This document shows, one piece after another, positions 20,011-31,468 of a stretch of 64,000 nucleotides of DNA. Numbering within the stretch: position 1 is the first letter of the stretch; each line of letters opens with the position of its first letter. The translations under genes were made by a program, and so were the position numbers. The stretch spans positions 29,437-93,436 of the IMG/VR virus record IMGVR_UViG_3300045988_007161. One strand, given 5' to 3'. Under the pieces are notes generated by a model. The model searched no databases, had not been told where the DNA came from, and was given only the letters and a program-made list of their open reading frames with translations. This stretch comes from a virus.

Positions 20011-21780
20011 TTAATATCCATAAGGATTAAACTCTTGTTCTTTTGTCTTATTCTGTACTCCTAATTGAGAATGGAATAAGTATGCTTGCTGTATAGCCTG
20101 TACATATTGTTGCTGTGCATAAGTAATTTCATCTGGAGTAGCCTGATGTACATTACCTCTTGCATCAGTATATTGTCCTGTGTTGACTACTTGTTGCCAT
20201 TGATTTGCAGCAGCCATTGCCCTATCTCTATTCTGTTCATTAGTTGTATTGACACCAGCAGGCATTCTGAATCTCCTCACATTACCCTTGTCATCTTGTA
20301 TCATTACAGTAGTACCATAAGGACTGAATCTTGTAGCAGTTACTTTGTACTTATCACTCTTCAAGTCTTCCATAGTGATTTCCTCACCTGTATCCTTGAA
20401 TTGCTTAGACTTGCTATCATAATCTACTTCTTTAAGACTTAATCCTCTGCCAGCAGTCATAATAGCATCCTTCATATCACCCTGTTGGGCACTTGCAATA
20501 GGATAGTCATACTCAGTAGCTCTTATAGCATCATATCTTGCAGTTCTTGCTGCTGGAGAATCATCAGCATACCTACCCCATAATCTTCCAACACTTATTC
20601 TCTGATTAGGACCAAAGCTATCAGAACTTATAGCACCTTTGCCACCTAATCCATCAATGAACCTCTTGAAATCAGAATCAGCATATTGACCTTGAGTTAC
20701 TGGAATACCTGTTGATGGAGATACTGTTCCTAGGATATATCTCTTGCTATTGTAAGCCTTCCATCCTTCTTGATTCATCTTCCATTGACCATTCTCTTTG
20801 TAGAAGTACTTGGAGTACTTTTTCATATCATCATTGTACTTCTTCTCATCTTTACTTGGTTCTCTGCTACTGTAGATGTTCAAAGGATTAATAGCCAAGT
20901 TATTGAGCTTTGCTTGTTGTGCAGCTTTAGCCTTTCTTTTATCTGCTCTAATCTGCATGGCTTCCTGTTCGACCATTTTAGCTCTCCAATTATCAAGAGT
21001 CTGATATTGAGTCTCACCAACTGCACTCCATAGACCTTGCTTAGCATAATCAATAGCCCTTGCAATAGTAGCTTGGTCTCCCCAGTTTCTAACACCACTT
21101 GAATTAATGGCATCTTCAACAATTCTTGTAAGTTGAGGAGCAGCATTAGGATTATCCTGTATAGCTTGTAGTACTGCTTGAGAACTAAAGCCCTTCTGCA
21201 TCATAGTTTCATAATATGAATTACCTAAGATGCTTCTCCATTTCCTTGGATTCTCTTGCATTTCCTTAGCTAATGCAGATGCAGCACTTGCAGCCTGTGC
21301 AGTAATTAGCTTACCTGAATATGATTCATAGGCTAATTGAGGATTCCTTATATAGTCATCAAGACTTGTAGTTGAAGCTCTTCTACTTAACATCAATGTT
21401 GGGTCTTGCAGTAGAGCTTGCTGCTGCTGTTCTGCTTGCTTCTGTCTTGCTGTATAGGCTTGTTCAATAGGAGTTATCTCCTTACTGTACCTTGCTCTCA
21501 TATTGAGCATATCCCTTCTACTTGCAGCATTAAGTCCTTCTCTTGCTAATTGACCTGCTTGTTCCTCAAGGTCATTTGCATAGGTCTTGTACATCTTGTA
21601 AGCATAAGGGTCAGTCTGCTCATTAGCCATTTCCTCCCATACACTTGCCTTAGTAGCAAGCTCTCCATATTGGTTCTCCAACTCTTGATGAGCCTGAGTA
21701 GCCATCAAGGTTGGAGCCAGCATCTCTTGATAAGAAAATGGCTTGAATTGTGAATTTATTACTAAACTATAATTAGCCAT
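20011..21780 (-). CDS. virion/tail-associated protein (589 aa), function unknown
   Basis: Tightly packed between giant structural ORFs. Gln/Ala-rich helical regions. Confidence 0.6.
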   Translation of the reverse strand: MANYSLVINSQFKPFSYQEMLAPTLMATQAHQELENQYGELATKASVWEEMANEQTDPYAYKMYKTYANDLEEQAGQLAREGLNAASRRDMLNMRARYSKEITPIEQAYTARQKQAEQQQQALLQDPTLMLSRRASTTSLDDYIRNPQLAYESYSGKLITAQAASAASALAKEMQENPRKWRSILGNSYYETMMQKGFSSQAVLQAIQDNPNAAPQLTRIVEDAINSSGVRNWGDQATIARAIDYAKQGLWSAVGETQYQTLDNWRAKMVEQEAMQIRADKRKAKAAQQAKLNNLAINPLNIYSSREPSKDEKKYNDDMKKYSKYFYKENGQWKMNQEGWKAYNSKRYILGTVSPSTGIPVTQGQYADSDFKRFIDGLGGKGAISSDSFGPNQRISVGRLWGRYADDSPAARTARYDAIRATEYDYPIASAQQGDMKDAIMTAGRGLSLKEVDYDSKSKQFKDTGEEITMEDLKSDKYKVTATRFSPYGTTVMIQDDKGNVRRFRMPAGVNTTNEQNRDRAMAAANQWQQVVNTGQYTDARGNVHQATPDEITYAQQQYVQAIQQAYLFHSQLGVQNKTKEQEFNPYGY

Positions 21781-21781
21781 A

Positions 21782-24118
21782 TTACTTTTTCTTAATAGTT
21801 AAATAACCACCCTTAGCTTTCTTTTTCTTAGCTTTATTAGCAGCATTTCTTACTTCTTTCTTCTCTGCATCACTAAGACTTTCATACCCATTCTTATATG
21901 TAACATTACCCTTGTTATCAATAGAGTAGTATAGTGCAGGATTACTCATAATCATATTTCTACTATACTCTTCTCTACCAATATCTCCAAGAGAATTAAA
22001 GAAGTTAGTAAGATTAGCACTCATACTTGCACCTCTTCTTGCATCAATAGCATCTCTTACTGCCATAGCTTGTGCAACACCACTTAGCCTTGAACTTCTT
22101 GCTTTCAATGCAGCTTCTTGATTTGCCATTGCAGCCTTGAGTCCCATCTCAGCATTAGCCATGTTAGTGCCTCTATTAAAGGTTTCAACAGCTTGTCTTT
22201 GTGCTAAGTTATACTCTTCAGCCTGTCTTGCAAGGTCTCCTAATCTACCTTGAGCATTATAATCTGCTGCAAGTAAGGCTGCATTCCTTGAAGGACTTGT
22301 GGTATTCATAATAGCCCTTCTTGTAGCACCTGCTTGTGCATTAAGCTTATTCAAATAGAAGTTTCTGTCAAAAGGTCTATATTGTAAATAGTTACCTATT
22401 GGAGTATATCCTACTGGAGTATAATTACCTGCTTGATTAGCTGCTTCAAGTATTGCATCAGCACTTGTATAATCTGGTCTACTAAATAAATTCTGACCTA
22501 ATCCTACTGTAGCACCTACTACAGGAGCATATCTTAACCAAGATAACTTGCTATTCTTATTATCACCTCTGTTGCTGTCTACTAATGTTTCCTCATATAA
22601 ATCCTCTGCATTAACAGGTTCCAATAGTGTACTATAGCCTTGCCAATCTCCATAATCTAGAAAGTTAGGTGTGTTACCAAGACCATCAAATAATCTACCC
22701 ATTCTACCACCATGAGCATATTGTACTCCTTCTTGACCTATTTGATTCTGTTGCCTTATAGTTTCTTGGGCTTGCTGTAGTCTGGACATAGAACTTAGAA
22801 GTCCTCTCTTGCTTATTGGGTCATTAGGTCTCTCCTTAGACTCCTCTCCCAGCTTCTCTGCTATTGCAGCAAATGAGTAGCCATCATAAGATTTTGGAAG
22901 ATTGAAGCTCTCTAATAGACCACCATCAGCAAACATTCTGTTACTAAATACATAATCATTGAAGATTACCTCTCCCTGCTCTACAAGATTAGGAGTCCCC
23001 TCTGCATCCATTCCCATAGGTACACCCTCCATTGGATTCTCCTCATGGGTTCCACCATTTCCAATTATTCTAAGACCATTGTCCCATTCAGCACCATGAG
23101 TAAGTAAATCTCCTCCAAAGGCATGATGCCATTTTCTTGCATTAGCAGCAAAAGTAGCTCTCTTCCTTACAGCAGGGTCACTACTTCTCTTACCTCTTGC
23201 AATGCACTCTGAAGTAACTTTGCCTCCACAATACTTAGTGAACTTACCTCTATTCTCAGGCTTGATATGTATCTTGCCTCCTTTAGCAAAGGTATTCAAT
23301 TCTGATGATTCAAATGAATTAGGTAGTGAAGTCAGCTTGCCTTTATTTGCAGCATTAAGAGCCTTAATACCTAAGTTCTCTTTGGCTAACTCATAGCCTA
23401 TTGCTCCACTTCCATATCCTCCCCATATACCAAGAGGACCACCAAAAGCAGCAAAACTTGCCATAGCATTAAGGTCAGACTGAGTATCTGCTGCATCTGC
23501 TGCATTCTCATAAGAAGTCAATGCCCTATTCCTTGCAATATCCTGTTGCTTCTTTAATTCCTTATATTTGTTTTTAGCCTTATTGCTAAACCAACCATCT
23601 TTACCAATATCTGATTTGGAGAAATCTGCCCCAAAGTCTTGATTAGCCCACTGGTCCATAACTGAATCAGCACTACTGTTATCTACCATAACAGTATTTA
23701 TAGCTTTATTACTTCCTTCAACTTCAGCAATTTTCTCTTCATTTAACTTGGAGCCAAACATTCTATTTGTAAGACCTCCAATAATGCCTGAACCAGCAGA
23801 TATAATGCCTCCAAGTACAGGATTAACTGCACTTACTGCACTACCTATAGTGCCTCCAATATTACTAATTGCACTACCTGCACCTGACTCAAGTCCTCCT
23901 CCAATAGCACCACCTGCAATATTACCTACTGCACTACCTATGCCACTTGCCAAACCTCCTTTTAGCATTCCAGCAACATTGCCTCCACTAAAAGTATTCT
24001 TTAGGTCAAATGCTCCTGTGCCACCCATAGCAGCCTTGAAATCACCACCCCAAGCATAGTAATGAGGGTTGTATGTAAATGGTCTGTTAGACTTTCTTAT
24101 AACTTTTCTTTTAGCCAT
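21782..24118 (-). CDS. virion/tail-associated protein with a Gly-zipper N-terminus (778 aa)
   Basis: N-terminal GGxxG-rich stretch (GLASGIGSAVGNIAGGAIGGGLESGAGSAISNIGG...). Promoter motif lies immediately upstream. Confidence 0.6.
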   Translation of the reverse strand: MAKRKVIRKSNRPFTYNPHYYAWGGDFKAAMGGTGAFDLKNTFSGGNVAGMLKGGLASGIGSAVGNIAGGAIGGGLESGAGSAISNIGGTIGSAVSAVNPVLGGIISAGSGIIGGLTNRMFGSKLNEEKIAEVEGSNKAINTVMVDNSSADSVMDQWANQDFGADFSKSDIGKDGWFSNKAKNKYKELKKQQDIARNRALTSYENAADAADTQSDLNAMASFAAFGGPLGIWGGYGSGAIGYELAKENLGIKALNAANKGKLTSLPNSFESSELNTFAKGGKIHIKPENRGKFTKYCGGKVTSECIARGKRSSDPAVRKRATFAANARKWHHAFGGDLLTHGAEWDNGLRIIGNGGTHEENPMEGVPMGMDAEGTPNLVEQGEVIFNDYVFSNRMFADGGLLESFNLPKSYDGYSFAAIAEKLGEESKERPNDPISKRGLLSSMSRLQQAQETIRQQNQIGQEGVQYAHGGRMGRLFDGLGNTPNFLDYGDWQGYSTLLEPVNAEDLYEETLVDSNRGDNKNSKLSWLRYAPVVGATVGLGQNLFSRPDYTSADAILEAANQAGNYTPVGYTPIGNYLQYRPFDRNFYLNKLNAQAGATRRAIMNTTSPSRNAALLAADYNAQGRLGDLARQAEEYNLAQRQAVETFNRGTNMANAEMGLKAAMANQEAALKARSSRLSGVAQAMAVRDAIDARRGASMSANLTNFFNSLGDIGREEYSRNMIMSNPALYYSIDNKGNVTYKNGYESLSDAEKKEVRNAANKAKKKKAKGGYLTIKKK

Positions 24119-24134
24119 ATCATACTAATTTGTT

Positions 24135-24167
24135 TGCAAAGATAAACAAAGTATTTGAATTATACAA
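24135..24167 (-). promoter_or_regulatory. Bacteroidota-type promoter (TTG-N20-TATCTTTGCA)
   Basis: Minus-strand TATCTTTGCA at 24135-24144 and TTG at 24165-24167, about 17 nt upstream of the ATG at 24118. Confidence 0.6.
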
Positions 24168-24175
24168 GGATATTA

Positions 24176-24217
24176 TCCAAAAAGTAAAGGGAAGATAAGT
24201 AATAAACTTACCTTCCC
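24176..24217 (-). terminator. rho-independent terminator after the 1622-aa gene
   Basis: gggaagataagt/cttaccttccc stem. Minus strand continues TTTACTTTTT. Confidence 0.6.
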
Positions 24218-24224
24218 ACTATTA

Positions 24225-27200
24225 TTACTCAAAGTAATGCACAATCATATCATGCAATACAGTCTTATTTACATTCTCCTTCTCCATAGACAACTTAATA
24301 TATAGCCAAGGATTTCTCATTCTATCTCTACCTTTCTTAGTAGAGCCAACAGCATTAGCTCTTGGTATATTAGCTCTCCAAATCCTAAACTTTTTCTTTA
24401 GGTCGGAAGGTCTTCCTAAGATATTATTTAGAGTAGAAGTACCCTGTTGATATTCATTCCATACAGTTAGAGTATCAAATGTTGTATTGAGCAGATTACC
24501 ATTCTTGTCCCAGCTATCTGACCTGAACTCAAGGTTATTGAATATCTTGTCTACAGGCATATCTGGATTAGCTATTATAGTAGTATAGAATGGCTGATAT
24601 ACTCCAAAGAATATGTTATAGTCTCCTTCATTATGCAACCAAGGTCTGTACAATGTACCTGTACCTTCAACATTAAGAGCAATTCCTCTATCTTCAAGAT
24701 TAGTAAAGTAAGGCATCTTCTCATAACTATAGAATGAGCTGAACTGACCTAATGGCTCAGAGAATGCTAAACACTCATCTTTACTAATGAAGAATACATC
24801 ACCATTAACCTTGTCATAGTAGGTAACAAATCCATCAAAGTCTATTGGGTTCCATATATCTATACTATCAGAGGCTCTGTTAATCCAAGAGTGGAAACCT
24901 AATCTATCAGATAGATTATCCAACTGACCATTAAATAAGAATATACCTTTTGTGATGTCATCTATAAAGTAAATACCATTAGATGTTTTACACATGGACC
25001 ATTTATTAGTACATCCTATTCTATCAGAGATATATCTCTTACCATTAACCTTTCCACTGTTTGCAATCTCAATAGGGACTCCATCAGTAGAAGAAATCTG
25101 CATATTCTCATTGTACAGGATTTGGCTGATACCTCTATCTTGGAAAGCAAGTATATTGTTGTTAAACCTTCTTAGTGCCCTTACATTTCCCTTATCCCCA
25201 TCAAGGTCAAGAGTAGATGCAAGGGTAATGTTAGTCCAAGTATCAATTAGCTCTCCAGCAGTTTTAGTCTTAGTCCAAGTAATTGAATTATGGAAGTTAT
25301 CCAAGTTCAACTTATTTGGGTTAATTGTCCTGTAGTTGAAGAAGTTATTAGGTTGAGAATATACATCATTCATCAGGTTAAAGTTCTCAGGAGTAATTGA
25401 GAAATTACTTGTCTGTCCTCTGTTCCTATCATACCTACCATCAATATTTACCCTTGTTTCACACATGAATGATACAATATCAGTTACTGCATTCTGGTCT
25501 TCAAGAGTGAAAGGGTAAGTCTTGATATGGTCATATCTTTGGAAATAGGTATCACCTTCTTCCCATCTGAGAGTAACACTGCTCTTAACTCCATTGTTAG
25601 CATCTACAAGAGAGATTGGGTCTCCACAAGGCAGCCATACATTATTCTCAAAGGCTTCTTCTGTCTGACCACCAAACCTATTCTGTACATTATCATTATA
25701 TAACTCTCCTAACCATAGCCATCCATGTTGAATACTTGATACAGCAGATATAGGACCTCTTGGAGCACCAGTAATAATAGTATCTTGTGATACACTCTTG
25801 GTACTTCCTGACTTATCCCAATACATGTGTTGCCCACTTGGAGCACCTGAGTTCTGTGCATTTACAAACCAAGTATCATCATAATCACCATCTTTGATGT
25901 TAGGCAATATCCTCTGAGCACCTGATGTAGTATAATTTAGAGCTAATACAGCATGAGGAGTAGACTTATACTTGATTCTAACAGGGTCAGTACCTGTGAT
26001 TTGGTCAGTAAACCTACTATCTACCTGCATATAACCACCACTAAATAGTGGGTGTGCATTAGTCTCTGCACTTTGAACTCCAGTAGTCATAATAGGATAA
26101 CCATCCTTCTTATCACCAATTCTTGAGATAGTGAGAAGTTTGTCTACATTGCCATAGTAGTTAATATCTGTAAGACCTGAGTTCTCCTGTGCAGGCAATC
26201 TAACAAGTGATACTTCATTAGAATCAAATACTGCAACTCCTGATATACCAGTCCTTGTACCATTACCACTAACATAAGCATTCCATATATTACCTGAATC
26301 CAAGTAGACTGACTTATATGAATATCTCATATTAGACATCTTCTTCTTGTCAAGCATAGCTGACCTATATCCATCAGTAGCAAACTTAGTATTATTAAGT
26401 GAGCCATTTCTATGCCAAGGATATACAACAAATCCAGTAGTATAATGGTGAGTATTACCTGTATCCTTCTTGTATGCAGTCAATTCATCAAACCAGAATG
26501 CTCCAGAGATTAGTCCTCTCCATCCAAAGTGAGAATCACCAAGATGTGACCCAAGTCCTTCATAGCTAAAATCATTCTCTACACCTATAGGCTCCTTGTA
26601 GAACCCAGCAGGTAGCTCTGAGCTATCATAGAAGTTATTAACAGGAGTAGAAGTTTGAATGTCAATATCTGAAGCAAATGCAGTCAAGGGAACCATACCC
26701 ACTATTCTTAGCTTCAATCCTGATGTATCAATACTTCTCACTTCATTATCAAACTCAATGTCAGGTGAGTGGAAAGTTAATATTGATTGGTCAATATAGT
26801 AATTCTCTGCATTGTTAGACACCCAACTTGCAACATCTGAATCAGTTGCAGTATCATCAACATAAGGACCAGAAGGAGGATTCCAAATACATTGGATTTC
26901 TGCATTCCTGTTATTATTACTTGGGATAGGTCTATTATGTCTAAACTCTGCCCAAGCTCCTTTATTGACTATATCAATATTGTATTGTGTCTCTCCTGAG
27001 GTAACTATAGTCCTGTTATTAGACATGATACCTGCTCTTGAATATGCAGATGGGTCTCCTAAGAATCTTCCTAATCCTACCCAGTCTCCACCCCAAGCAC
27101 CTTCACTACTCTGAGTATAATGGAAAGCCTTATACTCATCAAATGGTGCATTAGGTCTTGTAAACCAAGATGACTGTGCAAATGGAGAGTTACCAAATCT

Positions 27201-29093
27201 ATCAGATATGTTATATACAGTAGGACACAGAATACCTTGACATACAGCCTCTCTATCATTGATAGTAGGATATACTACAACAGGTCTTATCCTAATATAT
27301 CCATTATCAAGAAATCTATTAATAATGGTAGCATCATTTAGTGTAAACTCAGCTACTGGCAATCCTATTTTGCTATCATTATAGAAAGTAGTATCTATAT
27401 GTGTAGTGTTTCTGACATCATTAATCCATATAGGTTCTGACCACTTGCCTGTATAGTGTTGAGCTTGAATACCAAATCTGTAATACTCAAGGTACTTAAA
27501 TGTCTTGAACTGATAAGAGTTCATTTTGAGCTGGTTACTGTAGGGATAGTAGCCTTTAGCTTCTGGAGAACTTATACTCTTATTATAAGTAGAGAAGGTA
27601 ATATTCTTACCTTTGAAGTAGTTCCTGATAGTAGAGTCAAGAATCTTTCTCTTTGTTTCAATATCTCCAAGGAATAGAGTGTTATCCTTTTGAGCCATTG
27701 TACCAAATACTACTTCCTCACCTCCTATATATAACAACTCAGTAGGGTCTACTGAATCTCCTGATGAGCCATTATCAGTGTAAGTAACTTTAGCAATACT
27801 AAGAGTACCAGTCATATTACTACTATTAGCCAATTGCATACTTGCCCTATTACCATTAGTAATAGTAATAATAAATGATGTACCTGTACCCCAAGTCAGA
27901 TAGTCACCACCAAAGTTTATGCCATAATACTCATTAGTATCAAAAGTCCAAGACTTATAGTTTGACCCTGAGTAAGAAGGCTCATATTGGTCAAGTGTCT
28001 TTTCAGCACCACTACCTATCCTATACATAGTCATCTTATTAGCTGGGAGATTAATCTCATAGCTACTAAGCTTATAATTTGACCTTCCTGTAGGAGGAGC
28101 CAAATCTACAACTCTTCTAACATCTGGAGTTGCATTTATACTTGTCCTATGTATTGAGTATATTCTGATATAGTCAAACCTCCTGTCTACATTAACTACT
28201 TCTATATTGAAACTGTTACTTACCTTATCTTCAGGACTTGCACCTCTATTATTATATGAGATATAGTAGAGTGGAGAAGTATAGAAGATATTACTCTCCT
28301 GACCATACTTATTGAAGTAAGTAAAAGCATACTGTATAACCCCAGGGGCAAAGCTACCATTGGCTACAATATTTCTCTCAATGGTTACTTCCTCATTAAG
28401 ATTAAGTGTTCTCACAAAGTTGAATGAGTCAGTATTCCACTTGCTTACTACATCAGATGCAGCAGCTATATTAATTACTCTTGGCTGATTTAGACCATCA
28501 GTCCAGTACACCTTTCTAATATCAGTGTTCTCATAGAAAGAAATAGTTTCTATAGGATGCTTGTAATTAAATCCTAAGTCTCCTCTAAACAGTCTCTTTC
28601 CAGTTAATGCACCATTGTTGAACCATAGCTTATAGATTCTATCATCCAACATAGAATCTACATCTATATTTAACTTATATGGGCAATCTATAAATGTAAT
28701 ATCCCCAATAGAACTTAGGTCAGGAGTAATATCATTTGCAGTATCTTCCCCAGCAGTAAGGTTAGTAATGAGAATATCACAAGGGAATATGTCAGGTGCC
28801 TCGAATATGTTAGGAGTTATATCTGCTAATCTATAATCATCATCTCCAGCAGCAAAGATAATAAGTTCATTATTAACTAAAGCTTGACCAATAGGAATAC
28901 CCTTAATGTGGTCTCCTACACCTGCTATACTTGATTTCTTATTACCTTTCTCATTTATCAAACTAAGCAGAGTGCTCTCATCAGTTGGCATCACCCTAAC
29001 ATTCTTATTTTCATAAGAATATTCGGAGTTAAATGCAGAAGCTGATAAGTCCCTCTGCATTCCTTTTGTTTTGAAAGTTGCGAATTTTATCAT
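24225..29093 (-). CDS. large tail/baseplate-like structural protein (1622 aa)
   Basis: Uninterrupted beta-rich ORF in the structural block. No catalytic motif recognised. Confidence 0.6.
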   Translation of the reverse strand: MIKFATFKTKGMQRDLSASAFNSEYSYENKNVRVMPTDESTLLSLINEKGNKKSSIAGVGDHIKGIPIGQALVNNELIIFAAGDDDYRLADITPNIFEAPDIFPCDILITNLTAGEDTANDITPDLSSIGDITFIDCPYKLNIDVDSMLDDRIYKLWFNNGALTGKRLFRGDLGFNYKHPIETISFYENTDIRKVYWTDGLNQPRVINIAAASDVVSKWNTDSFNFVRTLNLNEEVTIERNIVANGSFAPGVIQYAFTYFNKYGQESNIFYTSPLYYISYNNRGASPEDKVSNSFNIEVVNVDRRFDYIRIYSIHRTSINATPDVRRVVDLAPPTGRSNYKLSSYEINLPANKMTMYRIGSGAEKTLDQYEPSYSGSNYKSWTFDTNEYYGINFGGDYLTWGTGTSFIITITNGNRASMQLANSSNMTGTLSIAKVTYTDNGSSGDSVDPTELLYIGGEEVVFGTMAQKDNTLFLGDIETKRKILDSTIRNYFKGKNITFSTYNKSISSPEAKGYYPYSNQLKMNSYQFKTFKYLEYYRFGIQAQHYTGKWSEPIWINDVRNTTHIDTTFYNDSKIGLPVAEFTLNDATIINRFLDNGYIRIRPVVVYPTINDREAVCQGILCPTVYNISDRFGNSPFAQSSWFTRPNAPFDEYKAFHYTQSSEGAWGGDWVGLGRFLGDPSAYSRAGIMSNNRTIVTSGETQYNIDIVNKGAWAEFRHNRPIPSNNNRNAEIQCIWNPPSGPYVDDTATDSDVASWVSNNAENYYIDQSILTFHSPDIEFDNEVRSIDTSGLKLRIVGMVPLTAFASDIDIQTSTPVNNFYDSSELPAGFYKEPIGVENDFSYEGLGSHLGDSHFGWRGLISGAFWFDELTAYKKDTGNTHHYTTGFVVYPWHRNGSLNNTKFATDGYRSAMLDKKKMSNMRYSYKSVYLDSGNIWNAYVSGNGTRTGISGVAVFDSNEVSLVRLPAQENSGLTDINYYGNVDKLLTISRIGDKKDGYPIMTTGVQSAETNAHPLFSGGYMQVDSRFTDQITGTDPVRIKYKSTPHAVLALNYTTSGAQRILPNIKDGDYDDTWFVNAQNSGAPSGQHMYWDKSGSTKSVSQDTIITGAPRGPISAVSSIQHGWLWLGELYNDNVQNRFGGQTEEAFENNVWLPCGDPISLVDANNGVKSSVTLRWEEGDTYFQRYDHIKTYPFTLEDQNAVTDIVSFMCETRVNIDGRYDRNRGQTSNFSITPENFNLMNDVYSQPNNFFNYRTINPNKLNLDNFHNSITWTKTKTAGELIDTWTNITLASTLDLDGDKGNVRALRRFNNNILAFQDRGISQILYNENMQISSTDGVPIEIANSGKVNGKRYISDRIGCTNKWSMCKTSNGIYFIDDITKGIFLFNGQLDNLSDRLGFHSWINRASDSIDIWNPIDFDGFVTYYDKVNGDVFFISKDECLAFSEPLGQFSSFYSYEKMPYFTNLEDRGIALNVEGTGTLYRPWLHNEGDYNIFFGVYQPFYTTIIANPDMPVDKIFNNLEFRSDSWDKNGNLLNTTFDTLTVWNEYQQGTSTLNNILGRPSDLKKKFRIWRANIPRANAVGSTKKGRDRMRNPWLYIKLSMEKENVNKTVLHDMIVHYFE

Positions 29094-29416
29094 ATGCCTA
29101 CTCCTTTCTCCTTATTACACCACTTCCATATGAACCCTCCAGACTGTCTTACATTAATATAGGTGTCCCTATTTCTACAGTAGTATCCTCCATTACAGCA
29201 ATTTCTAATTGCTTTTGCGGATACCCCTACTACATTAGAAGCTTCTGTAACAGATTCATATCTTTGAATAAATTCCCCATCTATAGAGAATTGTAGCACT
29301 GAAGTACTTCTTTTTCTTATTTGTTCTATGCTTCTCCTTATACCTTTAGTAGTTCTTTTATTCAGATACTTTTCAGGATTATTTCTCCAAGCCTCCTTCA
29401 TCCTATATGCCCCCAT
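29090..29416 (-). CDS. stand-alone NUMOD-like DNA-binding protein (homing-endonuclease remnant)
   Basis: LQFSIDGEFIQRYESVTEASNVVGVSAKAIRNCCNG...GFIWKW parallels the C-terminus of the GIY-YIG ORF at 31465-32037 and of ORF 12093-12440. No nuclease motif. Confidence 0.5.
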   Translation of the reverse strand: MGAYRMKEAWRNNPEKYLNKRTTKGIRRSIEQIRKRSTSVLQFSIDGEFIQRYESVTEASNVVGVSAKAIRNCCNGGYYCRNRDTYINVRQSGGFIWKWCNKEKGVGI

Positions 29417-29504
29417 CTTAATTCTGGCTTCCTACTTGTTATTCCAATATATACCTTATTTGATGGTGATATATGTCTATAAACACACCAAGTATCCTGC
29501 ATAG

Positions 29505-30212
29505 TTATTGTAATTTAATGTATTCCTTATTACCAAGAGATGAGAATCCATTATTAAACTCACTTGTCCTTTGTATGAGTGTATTCCACATTCTTGATAT
29601 ACTCTCCATCTCAGACTGTGATGGAATAGTAAATTCACTCTGCAATTGCCCAGCTAACCAAGCATATTGTTGCTGAGCATTCTGTAATACAGCAGGGGCA
29701 ATCTTACCCATATCAAATAGAATAGTAAATGCTTCTCTCTTGATATATGCTTCAAGAGCCTTCAGGAATACAGGGTTATCAATAAGTAGTGGAAATCCAT
29801 CCTTATCTACTGGGATTGCCTTATAGGACACTGATACATCTCCTGTCTTGAAGGATACATATAATACTTGTCCTTGTGTCTTGAATGTCAGTTCCTGAGG
29901 AACTTTGTACCCTACATTCTTGTCATAGTGTTCTCTTGGCATGAAATTATCTGTCATGTATCTTAGGCATACACCTGACTTACACTCCTTAATCTGATTG
30001 ATAGATATAAGGTCACAGGGTAACTTGGCTCTGAACTCTTCTATATGTACTATCTCCTCCTTATCTTGGTACAACTTTGGCATTCCAAATATACCAATAA
30101 AGTCAAGGGTGTATTGTACTGCTGACTCAAGGGTTACATCTTGAAGTAATGGATGCCTCATTACTCTACTTAGAGCTTCTCTTATGTTTATATAGTTATA
30201 TTCCTTTACCAT
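29505..30212 (-). CDS. structural-module protein (235 aa), function unknown
   Basis: ORF in the structural operon. Confidence 0.5.
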   Translation of the reverse strand: MVKEYNYINIREALSRVMRHPLLQDVTLESAVQYTLDFIGIFGMPKLYQDKEEIVHIEEFRAKLPCDLISINQIKECKSGVCLRYMTDNFMPREHYDKNVGYKVPQELTFKTQGQVLYVSFKTGDVSVSYKAIPVDKDGFPLLIDNPVFLKALEAYIKREAFTILFDMGKIAPAVLQNAQQQYAWLAGQLQSEFTIPSQSEMESISRMWNTLIQRTSEFNNGFSSLGNKEYIKLQ

Positions 30213-30214
30213 AA

Positions 30215-30772
30215 TTATATCTTGAAAGCATCTAACTTTCCCTCTTTTATTCTTTGTTTTATACTCTTTTTCAGTTCTCTATTGACCTTAAACTCATAGA
30301 AAACCATATTCTGATAGTCTGCTAACTGCTTATTATAGTAGACCTTGTAGATTTCTTTTTCCTCCACTTTAACAAGTGTTCTTTCCTTATAGGCTTCCTC
30401 ATCTTCATACCATAATTTAAGAGTTTTATCCCAGTCTATAGGTAGGTTAGTCTTGACTTTCTCACCATCAAAACTAACTCTCACATCATATTTCCTTAGC
30501 TCTATTCTACCCATTCTATGTGGTAACTTAATATCATTACCATGAAGGAAACTATCAGCTAAGTAGTCATTGACTTTCCTTATAATACTATAGAACTCAT
30601 GTTCTGTAAGACATCTTCCTATATTGAGCCAGCCATTCTTTCTTATCCACTTATAGGCATCATATACACCATAGGAACCTCTAACTTTATGAACTCTTGG
30701 CTCATTCACTTTTTTAATGGAGTTTAGGAAATCAACCAATCCTTTATCCTTCTCTTCTTGACAAGACTCCAT
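30215..30772 (-). CDS. IHF/HU-fold-like DNA-binding protein (185 aa)
   Basis: LTEHEFYSIIRKVNDYLADSFLHGNDIKLPHRMGRIELRK resembles the HU/IHF helix-helix-beta-arm pattern. IHF-like genes are a known feature of crAss structural modules. Confidence 0.4.
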   Translation of the reverse strand: MESCQEEKDKGLVDFLNSIKKVNEPRVHKVRGSYGVYDAYKWIRKNGWLNIGRCLTEHEFYSIIRKVNDYLADSFLHGNDIKLPHRMGRIELRKYDVRVSFDGEKVKTNLPIDWDKTLKLWYEDEEAYKERTLVKVEEKEIYKVYYNKQLADYQNMVFYEFKVNRELKKSIKQRIKEGKLDAFKI

Positions 30773-30778
30773 AACTCA

Positions 30779-31468
30779 CTATTTGGTTGCTACTTCTGAC
30801 AACTCATCCTTTGCATCGTTGGATTCATCCTTAGGTCTGTACTCAGCACCTAATAACTCCTTGACTACAAGTTCAATCATGGGGGGTATAAGAGCATCCT
30901 CAATAGGGAAAGTCTTATCTAATACATCACATACTGTATCACCATTCTCATCAGGACACTGCAATTCTGATGCAGCCTGTGGGTCTTCAAATATACCTGT
31001 CATTCTTGCCTTTTCAAGATACAAGTACTGTGGATTGAAAGACTTAAAGTACAGGTAATTATCTGGACCAATAGAAGCATAGATGATATTTTTCAGATAC
31101 TTATTATATCCCACATATCTCATCCTTTCTCTACTTACATAGGTAATCTCTCCCTGATAGTAATCAACTGGATACACCATAGGATTGCCTATCTTCATTA
31201 GGAAAGGAATCTTTTCCTTGCTTCTTAGATAAGAACCACCTTCACAAGGCTCACCTGATATAGCAGGTACCTCAATTAAATCCAAGCATATAGTCTGATA
31301 GTTACTCTCAGGTATCTGCTTCTTTACATCTGAATATCTCTGTTTCAGTAAGAATGTCCTATACTTACCAAATAGAAACATAACATGCTCCTCTGTATAT
31401 AGGGCATCATCTGAGTACAGTTTCAATTCATCAAGTACCATGTAGGTTAATTCTTTGTATGTGCTCAT
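30779..31468 (-). CDS. structural-module protein (229 aa), function unknown
   Basis: ORF whose start overlaps the stop of the upstream GIY-YIG gene by 4 nt. Confidence 0.5.
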   Translation of the reverse strand: MSTYKELTYMVLDELKLYSDDALYTEEHVMFLFGKYRTFLLKQRYSDVKKQIPESNYQTICLDLIEVPAISGEPCEGGSYLRSKEKIPFLMKIGNPMVYPVDYYQGEITYVSRERMRYVGYNKYLKNIIYASIGPDNYLYFKSFNPQYLYLEKARMTGIFEDPQAASELQCPDENGDTVCDVLDKTFPIEDALIPPMIELVVKELLGAEYRPKDESNDAKDELSEVATK